A stretch of 49,476 nt of DNA from Proteromonas lacertae (Eukaryota): NCBI GenBank assembly GCA_002245135.1, contig NGBS01000049.1:1-49476 (forward strand), given 5' to 3'. The notes beneath the pieces were generated by a model that did no database searches, had not been told where the DNA came from, and was given only the letters and a program-made list of their open reading frames with translations. A program made the translations under genes and the position numbers. Below, piece after piece: positions 19,865 through 30,039 of the stretch; positions within the stretch are counted from its first letter, which is position 1, and each line of letters opens with the position of its first letter.

Positions 19865-22800
19865 TTAATTAATTATTATTATTTTATATCCATATGGCAA
19901 TGTATTGTATTTATCAAAAAAATATCTTTTATCATCATAATAGGTTAAGCCAGTTTTGTTTTGTACTGTTGTATAAACATTATGATGTATTGATTTGATT
20001 TGACATACTTCGTATTTTTGACTTTTACTAGCACCTTCAACAAAATCATTGTATATATCATAAGTTATTTTTCTAGAAACTTTCACATTAATACCTTTAC
20101 AACGATTGTCAGTATTAGTATTATTATCAGAATCATCATTCACTTTCTCCTTTTCGTATATATAGCACTTTGATTTTAATCCTATAAACTTTGTTATAAC
20201 AAATAGATTTACATTATTCTTATCCTGTTCTTCAAATTTTAATCGATTCAATGTACCTAGATGAACAGCTCTATGTATATCTAACTTATAATTTTCTAAA
20301 TAAGGATTTTTCAAATTACTTCCATCAATCCAATTATTAAAGATAGGATCCTCTAAGTCTTCAAAAATATCATTAGTTTCAACTGAGAAAAGTAAACTAT
20401 CAGTATCAGTCATACATAGTGTTAGCTTATCAGAACCATATTTTTTATCTAATGCATCATACCAATATTTGTTCATTTTGAGTTTAGATAGTGCTAAGAT
20501 AACCATTCCAATTTGTATAGGTTTATTAATTTCATATAGCTTCTTATGAAAATGTGCAATTTTTAAATCACCTTCAATAATGATAAAGTCTTTAAACCAT
20601 GGATCGCTTGCATCAATCATTTGGTCTTCATTAGTAATTAAAGATATGTTACTTCTCTTTTCAACACGTTCCATAAATTTACCGTATAAACTATTCATTA
20701 ATTTCTTTATATAGTCTGCAGTAGTATTTTGATTGTTTTCTTTAGCTTGGACTCTTTTTTGTACCATTGTATTAATATATTTACCCATATATAGACCTTC
20801 AGTAAATCTCATTATTCTATGCACTTTGCCCACTTTATAACCATGTTCAACTGCAAACTTCAAATTTTGGTAGTGTATTATATATTTTTCTTTAGGATAC
20901 AAATCAGTTATTAATTTCTCAGTAGCATGGTAAGTACCTCTTTCTTTATGTATAATACCAAGATTTTCAGCTCTTTCAGTTTGTATATCAGATAACCATT
21001 CTTTAGGTATTTTCTTCCTTTCAGGTAGCAGTGGGTATTCTTTAAACTTGTCTTGTAGTTCTATAGGTAATTCGATATCAACTTCTAATATATAACCAAA
21101 ATCATTATTCTCCAATCTATCTTGATCCATTTCTTCATAATATGGCAAATCAAGTATACTTTCTAATGTAATAGAATTTGGATCAATAAATTCAAAGTCA
21201 TCTAAAGGCATTTTACAAGAAGCCATAACTGAAGGGTATAAAGAATTGTAGTCTTGATATAATAAGAATTTACTAGGTAAAGTTTCATCATAATTTTTCA
21301 TAAATTTGTTATTTGCATCTTCCTTACGCTTACCAATATATGATAATCCACCGTATAAGCCATTCAATATAAAATCATAGTATTCAGGTTCACAAAATAA
21401 TTTAAGTTCCACATCAGATACATGTAAGAATAAATCAAGTGATAAACTGGGTAATGAAATATACCAACAAGGATCTATGTGAAAAGTATCAAATATATTA
21501 TCTCTAAAATCATTAAATATAGACTGAAGAATATAAACATCGATTTTCAAGTAAAATAAATTATATTCACGAATAGTATTAAATCCAAATATTTGATTTA
21601 CTTCCATAGCAAAATCAAATTCTTCAGGTTTAATAGTTTCATTATCATTCAATTTAGACTTAAAATCATCTATAGTAAGATCTTTGAAATTTTCTTCAAA
21701 AGCTTCAAGAGATGTCATATGCTCATATGGAAAATAATTCTTTTGAAGTAAGTATTTTTCAATAATTTCATCATCTAGGTAATGTCCATTATATTCTTTA
21801 AAATTCTCATAAATTGTTTTGAATTTTTCTTTCTTAGTATTATTTAATTCTGCTGTAATTTTTAGATCACTAGTTAAATTTGCTAAAGAACCTGCTAAGA
21901 ATAAATAACTATCAATAAACACCAAATTCTTGTATTGTATACACTTATAGTTTTCATCTGTATTAGGTATAATATTGAGAGGACTACCACTATCTGCTGC
22001 ATATTTTGCTAATTTCTTTACTATGAAATGCTGGTCATATTTCATAGCATTATGACCTATTATTGGTATTTTTAATTTTTTTATATCAATATTTAGATTC
22101 TCATTACTACCAATTGAAGCAATATAATGGCCTGTAAAATGATCATGGTGAAGTACCTTTACATGATCAATAGAATTAAATGGTTTACCACAAAAGTCAC
22201 ATTTTCTCTTTTTATTATGTATATCCTTAGCTTTTTCATCTCCATCAAATGGTTTAGGATTATTTAGTCTATAATTGTAAACTGTACATATTTGATCGTA
22301 TATATTTAATATATCCAATACAAAATCATTTTCAATATTATGATCCTCATTTTGTTTATATTTAATCACAGTAAAACTGTTTATATCTGGTATTTTACTA
22401 TCTACATAGATACAGTAAGAATAAAGCTTATGCCTAGCCATAATAGATTGTTCAGTTTTTGATAATTCTATTCTAGTATCATTATCATCTATTTCTTCCA
22501 TAGATTTATATCTACTTAAATTCAATTCATTATCATATGGTACAAAATAAGTTTCAGTATCATAATACATAACAACTGGCAATGTTTGGAGGTGAGTCCA
22601 ATGTCTAAATTTTAAGTATGATTTTTCTTTATCATCTTTATCAGGGAATAATCTTAATACATTCTCTTTATCTTGACAGTCATATGTTTGATGACTATTG
22701 AATGATGCTTCATCGTATGTATAGAAGAGACAATATGGACACACAAATATATTATTAGTATTATTCTTTTTATCTATCATTTTTCTAAATAGAGCAGGTA

Positions 22801-23944
22801 ATGTATTTATTGTCACATAGTGTGAATTTCCATCTTCATTTTTTATTAGCAATAGATTTACAACACTATATTTTTTAGATTTCTTTTGTTTAGATAAATG
22901 AATGGGTAAGAATATTTCTTCTTTATCTTTACCAATGTCAATATAGAATATATTCACATTTAGTCGATTCTTTGTTTCAAATTTATCAATAGAATCATTG
23001 TCTGTAGCATCAACAGGGAATGTTAACATACTCCAATCATGTTTCTTTTCATACATTTTGTATTTTTCAGGTTTATCTTTATTACATTGTAGATTATTAG
23101 AATATAATGAGTATAGTATACTCCACTTAAAACATTCATTATCTTCATTTATTACATTTGTCAAACATCTAAGACCTTGAAGTTTAGCAGGTAAAACAAT
23201 AAAACTACTTCCACGTATCACTTTAAATTTTGTTACATATAATTCAATAGTATTTACTCTAGCAAAAGTAAGACCACTTTGAGGATGATTTGAATCATCT
23301 TCTGATATTTGTGTAAATATATTCTCCAGTATAGTTTGTATTTCACCTACAGTAGACATTTTTGTTATTTCACATAGTCTACTACGACTAAATATAGAAA
23401 CTTCATCATCACTATCAGTAGACTCATCAGGTATATAAATTGAACGTACAATAAAGAAGAATTTTATCATATTCATAGTATCAGCTAGTTCATGCAATAT
23501 ATCTTTAATATCACTATTATTAACAAAATCATGATAACATTGTTGTGGTGTACTGTAATTTCTATTGTTATAATTGAAAACCCATTTCCTGGTAACACCT
23601 TGAGATGATTTATCAACTTCTCTAGCATCACGTATTCTATCATTAAATCTTTGATTTTGGTTAGGTTTTGGTAGGGAAGAAGGCATTAATCCACCAAAGA
23701 ATGTATCACTGATTATTGGTATATTATTATTGTATCTTCTTTTATTTTGAATAACATCTGTACTAAATAATGGCGCTAATCTTCGTTTTGGAGCTTCTTC
23801 TGGTGGTGGAGGTGGAGGTGGTGGTTCATCTATATGTTTATGTTTATGATGATGGTGATGCTTATGCTTATGATGTTTATTTTTATTAAAAGTTTGTTCT
23901 AGAAGCTTAAAAAATGCTTTTAAAAGCTTTTTATGTTTGCTCAT
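19865..23944 (-). CDS. Protein-primed family B DNA polymerase (1359 aa from MSKHKK)
   Basis: Exo I YYDTET, Exo II GHNAMKYD, Exo III YLKID; Pol motifs QDYNSLYPSVM, KLMNSLYGK, TDTDS, KSKCY, CKGI. Also an OTU-like DNECF...HYV, a zinc finger CPYC..H..C, and an EndoVII-like CDFC..HHDHFTG insert. Confidence 0.97.
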   Translation of the reverse strand: MSKHKKLLKAFFKLLEQTFNKNKHHKHKHHHHHKHKHIDEPPPPPPPPEEAPKRRLAPLFSTDVIQNKRRYNNNIPIISDTFFGGLMPSSLPKPNQNQRFNDRIRDAREVDKSSQGVTRKWVFNYNNRNYSTPQQCYHDFVNNSDIKDILHELADTMNMIKFFFIVRSIYIPDESTDSDDEVSIFSRSRLCEITKMSTVGEIQTILENIFTQISEDDSNHPQSGLTFARVNTIELYVTKFKVIRGSSFIVLPAKLQGLRCLTNVINEDNECFKWSILYSLYSNNLQCNKDKPEKYKMYEKKHDWSMLTFPVDATDNDSIDKFETKNRLNVNIFYIDIGKDKEEIFLPIHLSKQKKSKKYSVVNLLLIKNEDGNSHYVTINTLPALFRKMIDKKNNTNNIFVCPYCLFYTYDEASFNSHQTYDCQDKENVLRLFPDKDDKEKSYLKFRHWTHLQTLPVVMYYDTETYFVPYDNELNLSRYKSMEEIDDNDTRIELSKTEQSIMARHKLYSYCIYVDSKIPDINSFTVIKYKQNEDHNIENDFVLDILNIYDQICTVYNYRLNNPKPFDGDEKAKDIHNKKRKCDFCGKPFNSIDHVKVLHHDHFTGHYIASIGSNENLNIDIKKLKIPIIGHNAMKYDQHFIVKKLAKYAADSGSPLNIIPNTDENYKCIQYKNLVFIDSYLFLAGSLANLTSDLKITAELNNTKKEKFKTIYENFKEYNGHYLDDEIIEKYLLQKNYFPYEHMTSLEAFEENFKDLTIDDFKSKLNDNETIKPEEFDFAMEVNQIFGFNTIREYNLFYLKIDVYILQSIFNDFRDNIFDTFHIDPCWYISLPSLSLDLFLHVSDVELKLFCEPEYYDFILNGLYGGLSYIGKRKEDANNKFMKNYDETLPSKFLLYQDYNSLYPSVMASCKMPLDDFEFIDPNSITLESILDLPYYEEMDQDRLENNDFGYILEVDIELPIELQDKFKEYPLLPERKKIPKEWLSDIQTERAENLGIIHKERGTYHATEKLITDLYPKEKYIIHYQNLKFAVEHGYKVGKVHRIMRFTEGLYMGKYINTMVQKRVQAKENNQNTTADYIKKLMNSLYGKFMERVEKRSNISLITNEDQMIDASDPWFKDFIIIEGDLKIAHFHKKLYEINKPIQIGMVILALSKLKMNKYWYDALDKKYGSDKLTLCMTDTDSLLFSVETNDIFEDLEDPIFNNWIDGSNLKNPYLENYKLDIHRAVHLGTLNRLKFEEQDKNNVNLFVITKFIGLKSKCYIYEKEKVNDDSDNNTNTDNRCKGINVKVSRKITYDIYNDFVEGASKSQKYEVCQIKSIHHNVYTTVQNKTGLTYYDDKRYFFDKYNTLPYGYKIIIIN

Positions 23945-23957
23945 TATATAGACAGAA

Positions 23958-24019
23958 TTCGCGAAATAAATCAAAAATGGAAATATGAAATTTGATTGGT
24001 CGGATGATTTGATTGGTCG
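23958..24019. promoter_or_regulatory. Bidirectional promoter: TTCGCGAA palindrome plus two CCAAT boxes
   Basis: TTCGCGAA at 23958-23965; ATTTGATTGGTCG repeated at 23990-24002 and 24007-24019 (CGACCAATCA on the minus strand), between divergent ATGs. Confidence 0.6.
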
Positions 24020-24103
24020 ACTTTAAAAATAAAAAGAAATTTTCATTTTCATTTTTCTTGACATTTTTTATCATTTTTTATTTTCATCTCTCCCTTATAT
24101 AAA

Positions 24104-24889
24104 ATGAGTAACGAAACACCCTATGAAGCTACTGATGTAGAATTCAGTGATTACTACAAAAATCCAAAGTTATGTAACAAGTGGATTATTAAAGGAACTG
24201 TTGAGAGTATTACAGTTAAGCCTACTAAAACTAGTCAATATGTATTGATTACTTTTGTTCATGATTTGGATCATAAAGTTGTAATTAATAATGGAAGAGA
24301 TTTTGAAACATATTCAGCTGATGAAGTGAAATATGTATTGAAACAAATTTATGATAGAAACGAGAATGACTTTATAGAAAAAATCATGCGTGGATATTTG
24401 ATTAGTGTAGGATGTAGAGAACCACAACATGGTATTAAATACTTCCACAATTTCAATTCTATTATGATATGGGATAATAGTAACTATAGAGTTCCATCTG
24501 ATGTTGATGTTGGTAGTAAAATTGCTGTAAGTGTTGTTGATAATCAAATCTCTATTAAGAGTAATGGTACTCAAAACTTTGTTAATCATAGAGTTTGTAG
24601 TGATATTGTTGGTTATGATGAAAATCCTGATTTAGCTACAACTATTAGAAGAAGTAATGAGAAGAAAATTAAGAAAGAAAAAGAAGAACAAGCTAATCAA
24701 AACAAATTTGTTTCACCTCCAAGAATTAAGAGAACTAAGATAGAAGATAGTGATTTAATTAGTACTCGTAGACCATTCCCTGCTAAGAAAGTAATTAGTA
24801 ATGGATTTATTAGTGCTGCTAAGTCTATTAACTTTGGTAATGGTGGTAACACTTTAAGTGATAAGGATTTGGGAGAGGTAGAAGAATGA
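24104..24889 (+). CDS. Putative OB-fold ssDNA-binding protein
   Basis: Divergent from pPolB; strand pattern IIKGTVESITVK..YVLITF..VDVGSKIAVSV resembles an OB fold; disordered C-tail ending in acidic residues. Confidence 0.45.
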   Translation: MSNETPYEATDVEFSDYYKNPKLCNKWIIKGTVESITVKPTKTSQYVLITFVHDLDHKVVINNGRDFETYSADEVKYVLKQIYDRNENDFIEKIMRGYLISVGCREPQHGIKYFHNFNSIMIWDNSNYRVPSDVDVGSKIAVSVVDNQISIKSNGTQNFVNHRVCSDIVGYDENPDLATTIRRSNEKKIKKEKEEQANQNKFVSPPRIKRTKIEDSDLISTRRPFPAKKVISNGFISAAKSINFGNGGNTLSDKDLGEVEE

Positions 24890-24957
24890 TTTAATTATAT
24901 TTTAATTCATTAATTCTTTAAATATATATCATTCATATTTTTATATATATTATTTGA

Positions 24958-25974
24958 ATGTCACTACAAGATAAAATAAATGAGTTATACAAAACATATG
25001 GTTATTTAAATAAACGAGACTTTATTAATTTCTCTGTAAATGAACTTGAGAATAACTTTAAAAAATCTGACATTAAAAAAGCTAGTAGTGAACTTGTAGA
25101 GTCTAAACCAGATTATCAAATCACTGCAACTAAAAGGAATAGAATTAAATATGAAAGTGAAAAGTTACCTGGGTCATATCAAATAGATTTGGTGTTTTTC
25201 AACAATACAAAAGTTCCATTTTTGTTAATTATAGAAGTTGTTAGTCGTAAGTGTTGGATATATTATGTTAAATCTAAATCAGAAAATGATGTATATCCAG
25301 TGTTTGAAAAATGGTTTTATCAGGGTATGCAACCTAAGGATGAAAACGCTCGTTTTGTAGGAAGTATTTTATCAGATGAAGAGTCTGGTATTATCTATGG
25401 TAAGAAATTTTTAGATTTGTTTAACAAAAATCATGTACGATTTATACTTAAAGAACGTAATGAACATAATATAATGAAAATATTGGATCGATGTGTGAGA
25501 ACTATTAAAGATATGTTTTATAGAAAAATTAATACATTTTCTGATGAAGAATTTGATAAAATTAACAATATTGAATCATTGTGTAATATAGTATATACTG
25601 TTGTAGATGATTACAATGCAAAACCGCATTCTGCACTCAATAATCTAACTCCAAATGAAGTATTCAATGATTTTGAAGTTCAAGATAGATTGTATAAAGA
25701 ATCGCATGATAGAAACTTAAAGAAGCGTAAAAGTGATACTCATTTTAAAGCTGATGATTTTGTCAGAATAAAAGAACGTAGAGATAACAAACTTCAAAAA
25801 ACTACTTATTATACAGATAAAGTATATCAAATACACAAAGTTGGACCATTTTCATATTCTGTTAAGAACTTGGATGGAACAATACCTAAAGAATTCAATC
25901 CTAGAGATATAGGTTCATATAGATTCAAATCTCATGAAATTAAAAGAGTACCAGTTAATAATATTCATGTATAG
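24958..25974 (+). CDS. rve-type (Polinton) integrase 2, intact
   Basis: PGSYQIDLVFF, ILSDEESG, ILDRCVRTIK, YNAKPHSALNNLTPNEV and SH3-like FKADDFVRI...YQI...YSVKNLDG. Confidence 0.92.
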   Translation: MSLQDKINELYKTYGYLNKRDFINFSVNELENNFKKSDIKKASSELVESKPDYQITATKRNRIKYESEKLPGSYQIDLVFFNNTKVPFLLIIEVVSRKCWIYYVKSKSENDVYPVFEKWFYQGMQPKDENARFVGSILSDEESGIIYGKKFLDLFNKNHVRFILKERNEHNIMKILDRCVRTIKDMFYRKINTFSDEEFDKINNIESLCNIVYTVVDDYNAKPHSALNNLTPNEVFNDFEVQDRLYKESHDRNLKKRKSDTHFKADDFVRIKERRDNKLQKTTYYTDKVYQIHKVGPFSYSVKNLDGTIPKEFNPRDIGSYRFKSHEIKRVPVNNIHV

Positions 25975-27871
25975 TGGTGCTTGCTGTGAATTTAGAGATT
26001 GTAGTATAAAATGTTTAAAATATTCAGATGTTAATTCAAATATCAATTACTTTGGAGTAATAGCAGGAAGTGGAAATGGGATTTTAATTGATAATATTAC
26101 AATCGATATTTCTTCTAAAACAATTAAAAGTGTTTATATGTCTGGTTTTATAGGTATAGTAGACAAGTATATGGATATTAAAAACTCAAAAATAAAGAAT
26201 TTAGAATTTCAAGAGAAGAATAGTGTAATATGTTGTTACGCCAAGCCATATACAATATTTAACGAAAGTAATAACAGTTTTGGTGCAATTTCCTACCCTA
26301 TTTGTTATAGATATATAAGCAATTTAGAAAAACATATCAAAACCTTAAATAGTGATTATGGTGAAACTATAATTGTTGATGTGATAGATATTCAATATAT
26401 GAAACTTATTTATAATGATGAAGGGAAACTTTGTGATATTATTGAAGTTAGCCCAATAGATGAAAATAGTATTGTTATTAGTGAAAATGAATTTATTGAT
26501 TATATAGAAATATCGGAAGAGGTAGTTGATGATAGAACAGTATATAACGATATAATATTTCATACAAATGAAGGTAAGAAAAATGCTTTCAATCGTCCAA
26601 TAAAAGCATATATAAAAGTTGAATCATCAATTGATTATTTTATATCAAAATTAATTATAATTCGTCACTCTGGTGTAATAATTGGATATAGTATCTATGA
26701 GAAATATATTCCAGGAGCTGTTAGAAAATCAAATCCGATTATATTTGAAGTAGATAAAAGTGTTGATAGTGAAGTTGTTTGTAACGATTATAAAAAGATA
26801 ATTGATCATTTACCAGAATTACCTAAATGTTTATTTTTTAATTTACCTTCAGAAATTACATTTTTTTATAAAAATATAACAGCAGGAGAAAACATTTATA
26901 ACTTAGGAGATGGCGAATATATTACTGGAATTCAAATGTATTTAACTAGTGATTCTAAATTCTGTTTAGGTTTCAAGACAAACAAAGGTAATGAAGTAAA
27001 TTGGATTGAAAATTCGATGATTCCAAATACATTTAAAAGTAGTGGAGCAATTGTTGGATTTGTTGTAGAAAAATATATGGAATCAGAATCATTAGCCAAC
27101 ATAAAATGTTATTATATCGATAATTTTGATAAGACTTATAGTAATTGTGAAATATTTAATTTCAATTCTCATTATTTTGGTGGAATATTAAGAAGCCGAG
27201 GGATTGGCTTTATATTTGATTATTATTTTTATGGAAAAATACATTACGATGAAAGTAAATGTGAGATTATGTCGATTGAAATAATGGGAGAAGATGAAAA
27301 TAATATTAATATAAGTAATTTAATTGAACTTTGTTATTATAGTGGAAATGGATATTTAAAGGATAATAACACGTTGATACGATTAAATTGTAAAAATACC
27401 ACTATTAAGAAAGAAAAAGAAAAGTTTATAGTGAGATATATTGAAACAGATTATAAGCTATCCTATGTTGAATCTAAATTCTCATTATTATATAATGTAA
27501 GACTGCAAGTTAATGCATATAATAGGGAGATAGAAATTGATGGTACCTCAATCATAGATGATGATATGAAAAATAGTAGTATATCATTTCTGTATGATGA
27601 AGAAATCATTTCATTGAATAGTAATATTATAATGAGAATAAAAATTATGAATCCATTGTTAAAGTTTATTAATAATTTGATACCTATAAGTAAATCATAT
27701 GCGCATGTAGAAGCAAGCGATAAAATGAATAATAATACAGTTTATATTGCTCTGGATTGCGAATGTAATAATGAAGTGATTACTATAACATATGACAAAA
27801 CAAAATATCCAGGAGTATTTTACTTTAAAAAAAATAGTCATTATTCTATCCCAATACAATATATATTATAA
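25967..27871 (+). CDS. Protein with jacalin-like (beta-prism) repeats; probably a 5'-truncated host gene
   Basis: LGDGEYITGIQMY...LGFKTNKG...AIVGF and a second repeat ISENEFIDYIEI...IIFHTNEG. A similar domain occurs in host gene 37978-39522. Confidence 0.55.
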   Translation: MYSGACCEFRDCSIKCLKYSDVNSNINYFGVIAGSGNGILIDNITIDISSKTIKSVYMSGFIGIVDKYMDIKNSKIKNLEFQEKNSVICCYAKPYTIFNESNNSFGAISYPICYRYISNLEKHIKTLNSDYGETIIVDVIDIQYMKLIYNDEGKLCDIIEVSPIDENSIVISENEFIDYIEISEEVVDDRTVYNDIIFHTNEGKKNAFNRPIKAYIKVESSIDYFISKLIIIRHSGVIIGYSIYEKYIPGAVRKSNPIIFEVDKSVDSEVVCNDYKKIIDHLPELPKCLFFNLPSEITFFYKNITAGENIYNLGDGEYITGIQMYLTSDSKFCLGFKTNKGNEVNWIENSMIPNTFKSSGAIVGFVVEKYMESESLANIKCYYIDNFDKTYSNCEIFNFNSHYFGGILRSRGIGFIFDYYFYGKIHYDESKCEIMSIEIMGEDENNINISNLIELCYYSGNGYLKDNNTLIRLNCKNTTIKKEKEKFIVRYIETDYKLSYVESKFSLLYNVRLQVNAYNREIEIDGTSIIDDDMKNSSISFLYDEEIISLNSNIIMRIKIMNPLLKFINNLIPISKSYAHVEASDKMNNNTVYIALDCECNNEVITITYDKTKYPGVFYFKKNSHYSIPIQYIL

Positions 27872-28005
27872 ATGATTATTATTAACATATATATTTCTTT
27901 ATTATTTTTGTTCTTTTATTTAATTTATTTTGCTCTGAAGATCAACCCATTGATTTAGATCTGGTTTAAGCAAAGGATGTTCCTTTTTGTCCATTCACTT
28001 TCAGC

Positions 28006-29677
28006 TTGAGTTACCAAGGACAAGGATAGGACAAAAGGAGGATATGGCTCCAGAAGGACGTCCTTTTAGGTAACTCAAAATGTAAAAGAGCTAAATTTAT
28101 CATATATTTTTGTTTAAAAGAAAAAAAATAAAAACAAAAATAAAAAGGATAGAAGTTGTTCTTTTCTTGTTTTGAGTATTATATTCATTGAAATAATAAT
28201 TATTATATTGAATTCAATAGACAATAACTAATAATAGTATGGTATTAACAATTATAAATTAATATAATTAATAATAAGGACTGTTTAATATGTTGTATTC
28301 CTCATTTTCACTATCGAATCAACACTTACTGAGTTATCATCATTCGATATATCAATATCAGCATTGTTATTACAATCATCATTATTTTCGCCATCTCCAT
28401 TATCATTATCTGACTTATCTATACTGTTGTTTACAGCTTCTTCAATAGTAGAATCTATTTCATTATCCTCTTCAAACTCCATTATTCTTTTCTCTTTCAA
28501 TAACTTAAACTTTGCTATGAATCAACCCCTGTATAGAAAAACTACGTTCTATGAAGCTGCTAGAGGTTGGAATTGTTTGTATTATATCATATATTTTCTT
28601 GAGATTCTTAAAGTATATTCCATAACAATTAAACCAGACTTTACTATCTTTTGTGTTTTTAAATATATCTATCTTCACTCTAGATTTCTTTTTTTTTATT
28701 CTCGACATAATATAGCTCTTCACTAACCTTCTCATCTATTATATTTGAAAAAGTACTTAGCATATATTTTTTAATTTCATCTCTTGTTTTGTCTGTAAAA
28801 TGGAGATTCGTATTAAAATTTAAGAACTAGTTAAGGATTAATACACTGTAATTTATTAACTTCTTCTCAGTTATAATAATTCTATTTATCACTTTTTTCT
28901 CCTTCATTGACATATTGATAATATCCATTCTTACTTTTTGTATGATATTAAAATTTTCTGAAAGAGGTGTATCATCTCTACTTAGAATTTGAATTTTTGA
29001 AGATAGATAGTGTAATTATGTCAGTGTTGTAGTAAGAGTAAACTTCATCATGACGTCTTTTGTATAACATGATAAAATAAAAAAGCTTGAATAGAAATCA
29101 AGCTTGGATTTATTTCAAAGTTTAATATTTCGTGTTATAATTAAGTATTGTTCCTTTTTATGTTCATATGTGTGTAATGTTGTAAATTCATATATATAAA
29201 TCTACTGTTTCTTTGAAATACTGTGAATTAATGAATATTAAAATTTAGCTAAATTTAATTAGTTTATTTTCAAATAAGTTATGAGTAGTTTATTAATTTA
29301 CATAATATTCAGATTATGTCAATTTGTATCATATTTCTATTATGAAGTGATACTATTCATGTAAATGAACAATACATTTATAAGTGTGTTATTGAGATAG
29401 ATTTAAAACATAAAATTTACATAATATTTTGATTAATAGAAATAAACATAGGTATATTTGTTCTTAAACAGGTTAATATATCTTATTAACAATAGGAGAA
29501 ATAATATATGTAGTATTTATGAAAAACTAATTTTGAAAAAAAGGGACAGAAAAGGACCTTACAGGTTATACTGTCCTTCTTGAAAAAGGACATGTTCGAT
29601 TTCAGCACAGGCGAGACGAGAGAAGAAAGGACAGAAAGGAGGATGTGGCTCCAGAAGGACGTCCTTTCTGCAACTCA
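28006..29677 (-). mobile_element. Decayed hAT-family DNA transposon
   Basis: Minus-strand transposase remnants: dimerisation motif TIPTSSSFIERSFS (28505-28735) and CIVH near 29365-29376. Ends TGAGTTACCAAGGAC and GTCCTTTCTGCAACTCA form an imperfect inverted repeat, with AGGAC subterminal repeats. No 8-bp TSD seen. Confidence 0.72.
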
Positions 29678-30039
29678 GATATATAGTATAATATTAAAAG
29701 AGAAGAGAATAATAAGAACAGATTGTAATAAACAATAAAAAATTAATATTTCAATGATAATAATAATAATAATATATAACTTATTAAATAGTCCTTATTA
29801 TTAATTAGTTTTACTCTTAATAAATAATTAAAAAGACATAAAATATAATTATATTCATTGTTATTATATTTATATTTATTTTACTGAATTTGATTGAAAG
29901 AATAGTAAAATAATCAATAATTATTAACAGTAGTTATTTAGAGTTACAGAATGAATTGTTCTTCTTGTACTGTGTCTCTCAGAATGAATTATTCTTAGTA
30001 AAAAAAATTATATATACTCTTTTGTTATTCATTTATTCA

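Larger units (their letters stand above)
1..25974. mobile_element. Endogenous Polinton/Maverick-like virus region, possibly two adjacent or nested elements; left end lies outside the window
   Basis: Dense, apparently intronless cluster of hallmark genes: pPolB, MCP, penton, packaging ATPase, adenain proteases x2, rve integrases x2. Intron-containing host genes follow to the right. Confidence 0.93.

Noticed and set aside
7330..28000. Polinton terminal inverted repeats and 6-bp TSD
   Set aside because: No long inverted match between 7330-7790 and 25950-28000 was found by eye; a computational search is still needed.
27970..29677. CRISPR-like array from AGGAC repeats
   Set aside because: Repeats are short and irregular with no spacers or cas genes; they fit hAT subterminal repeats.
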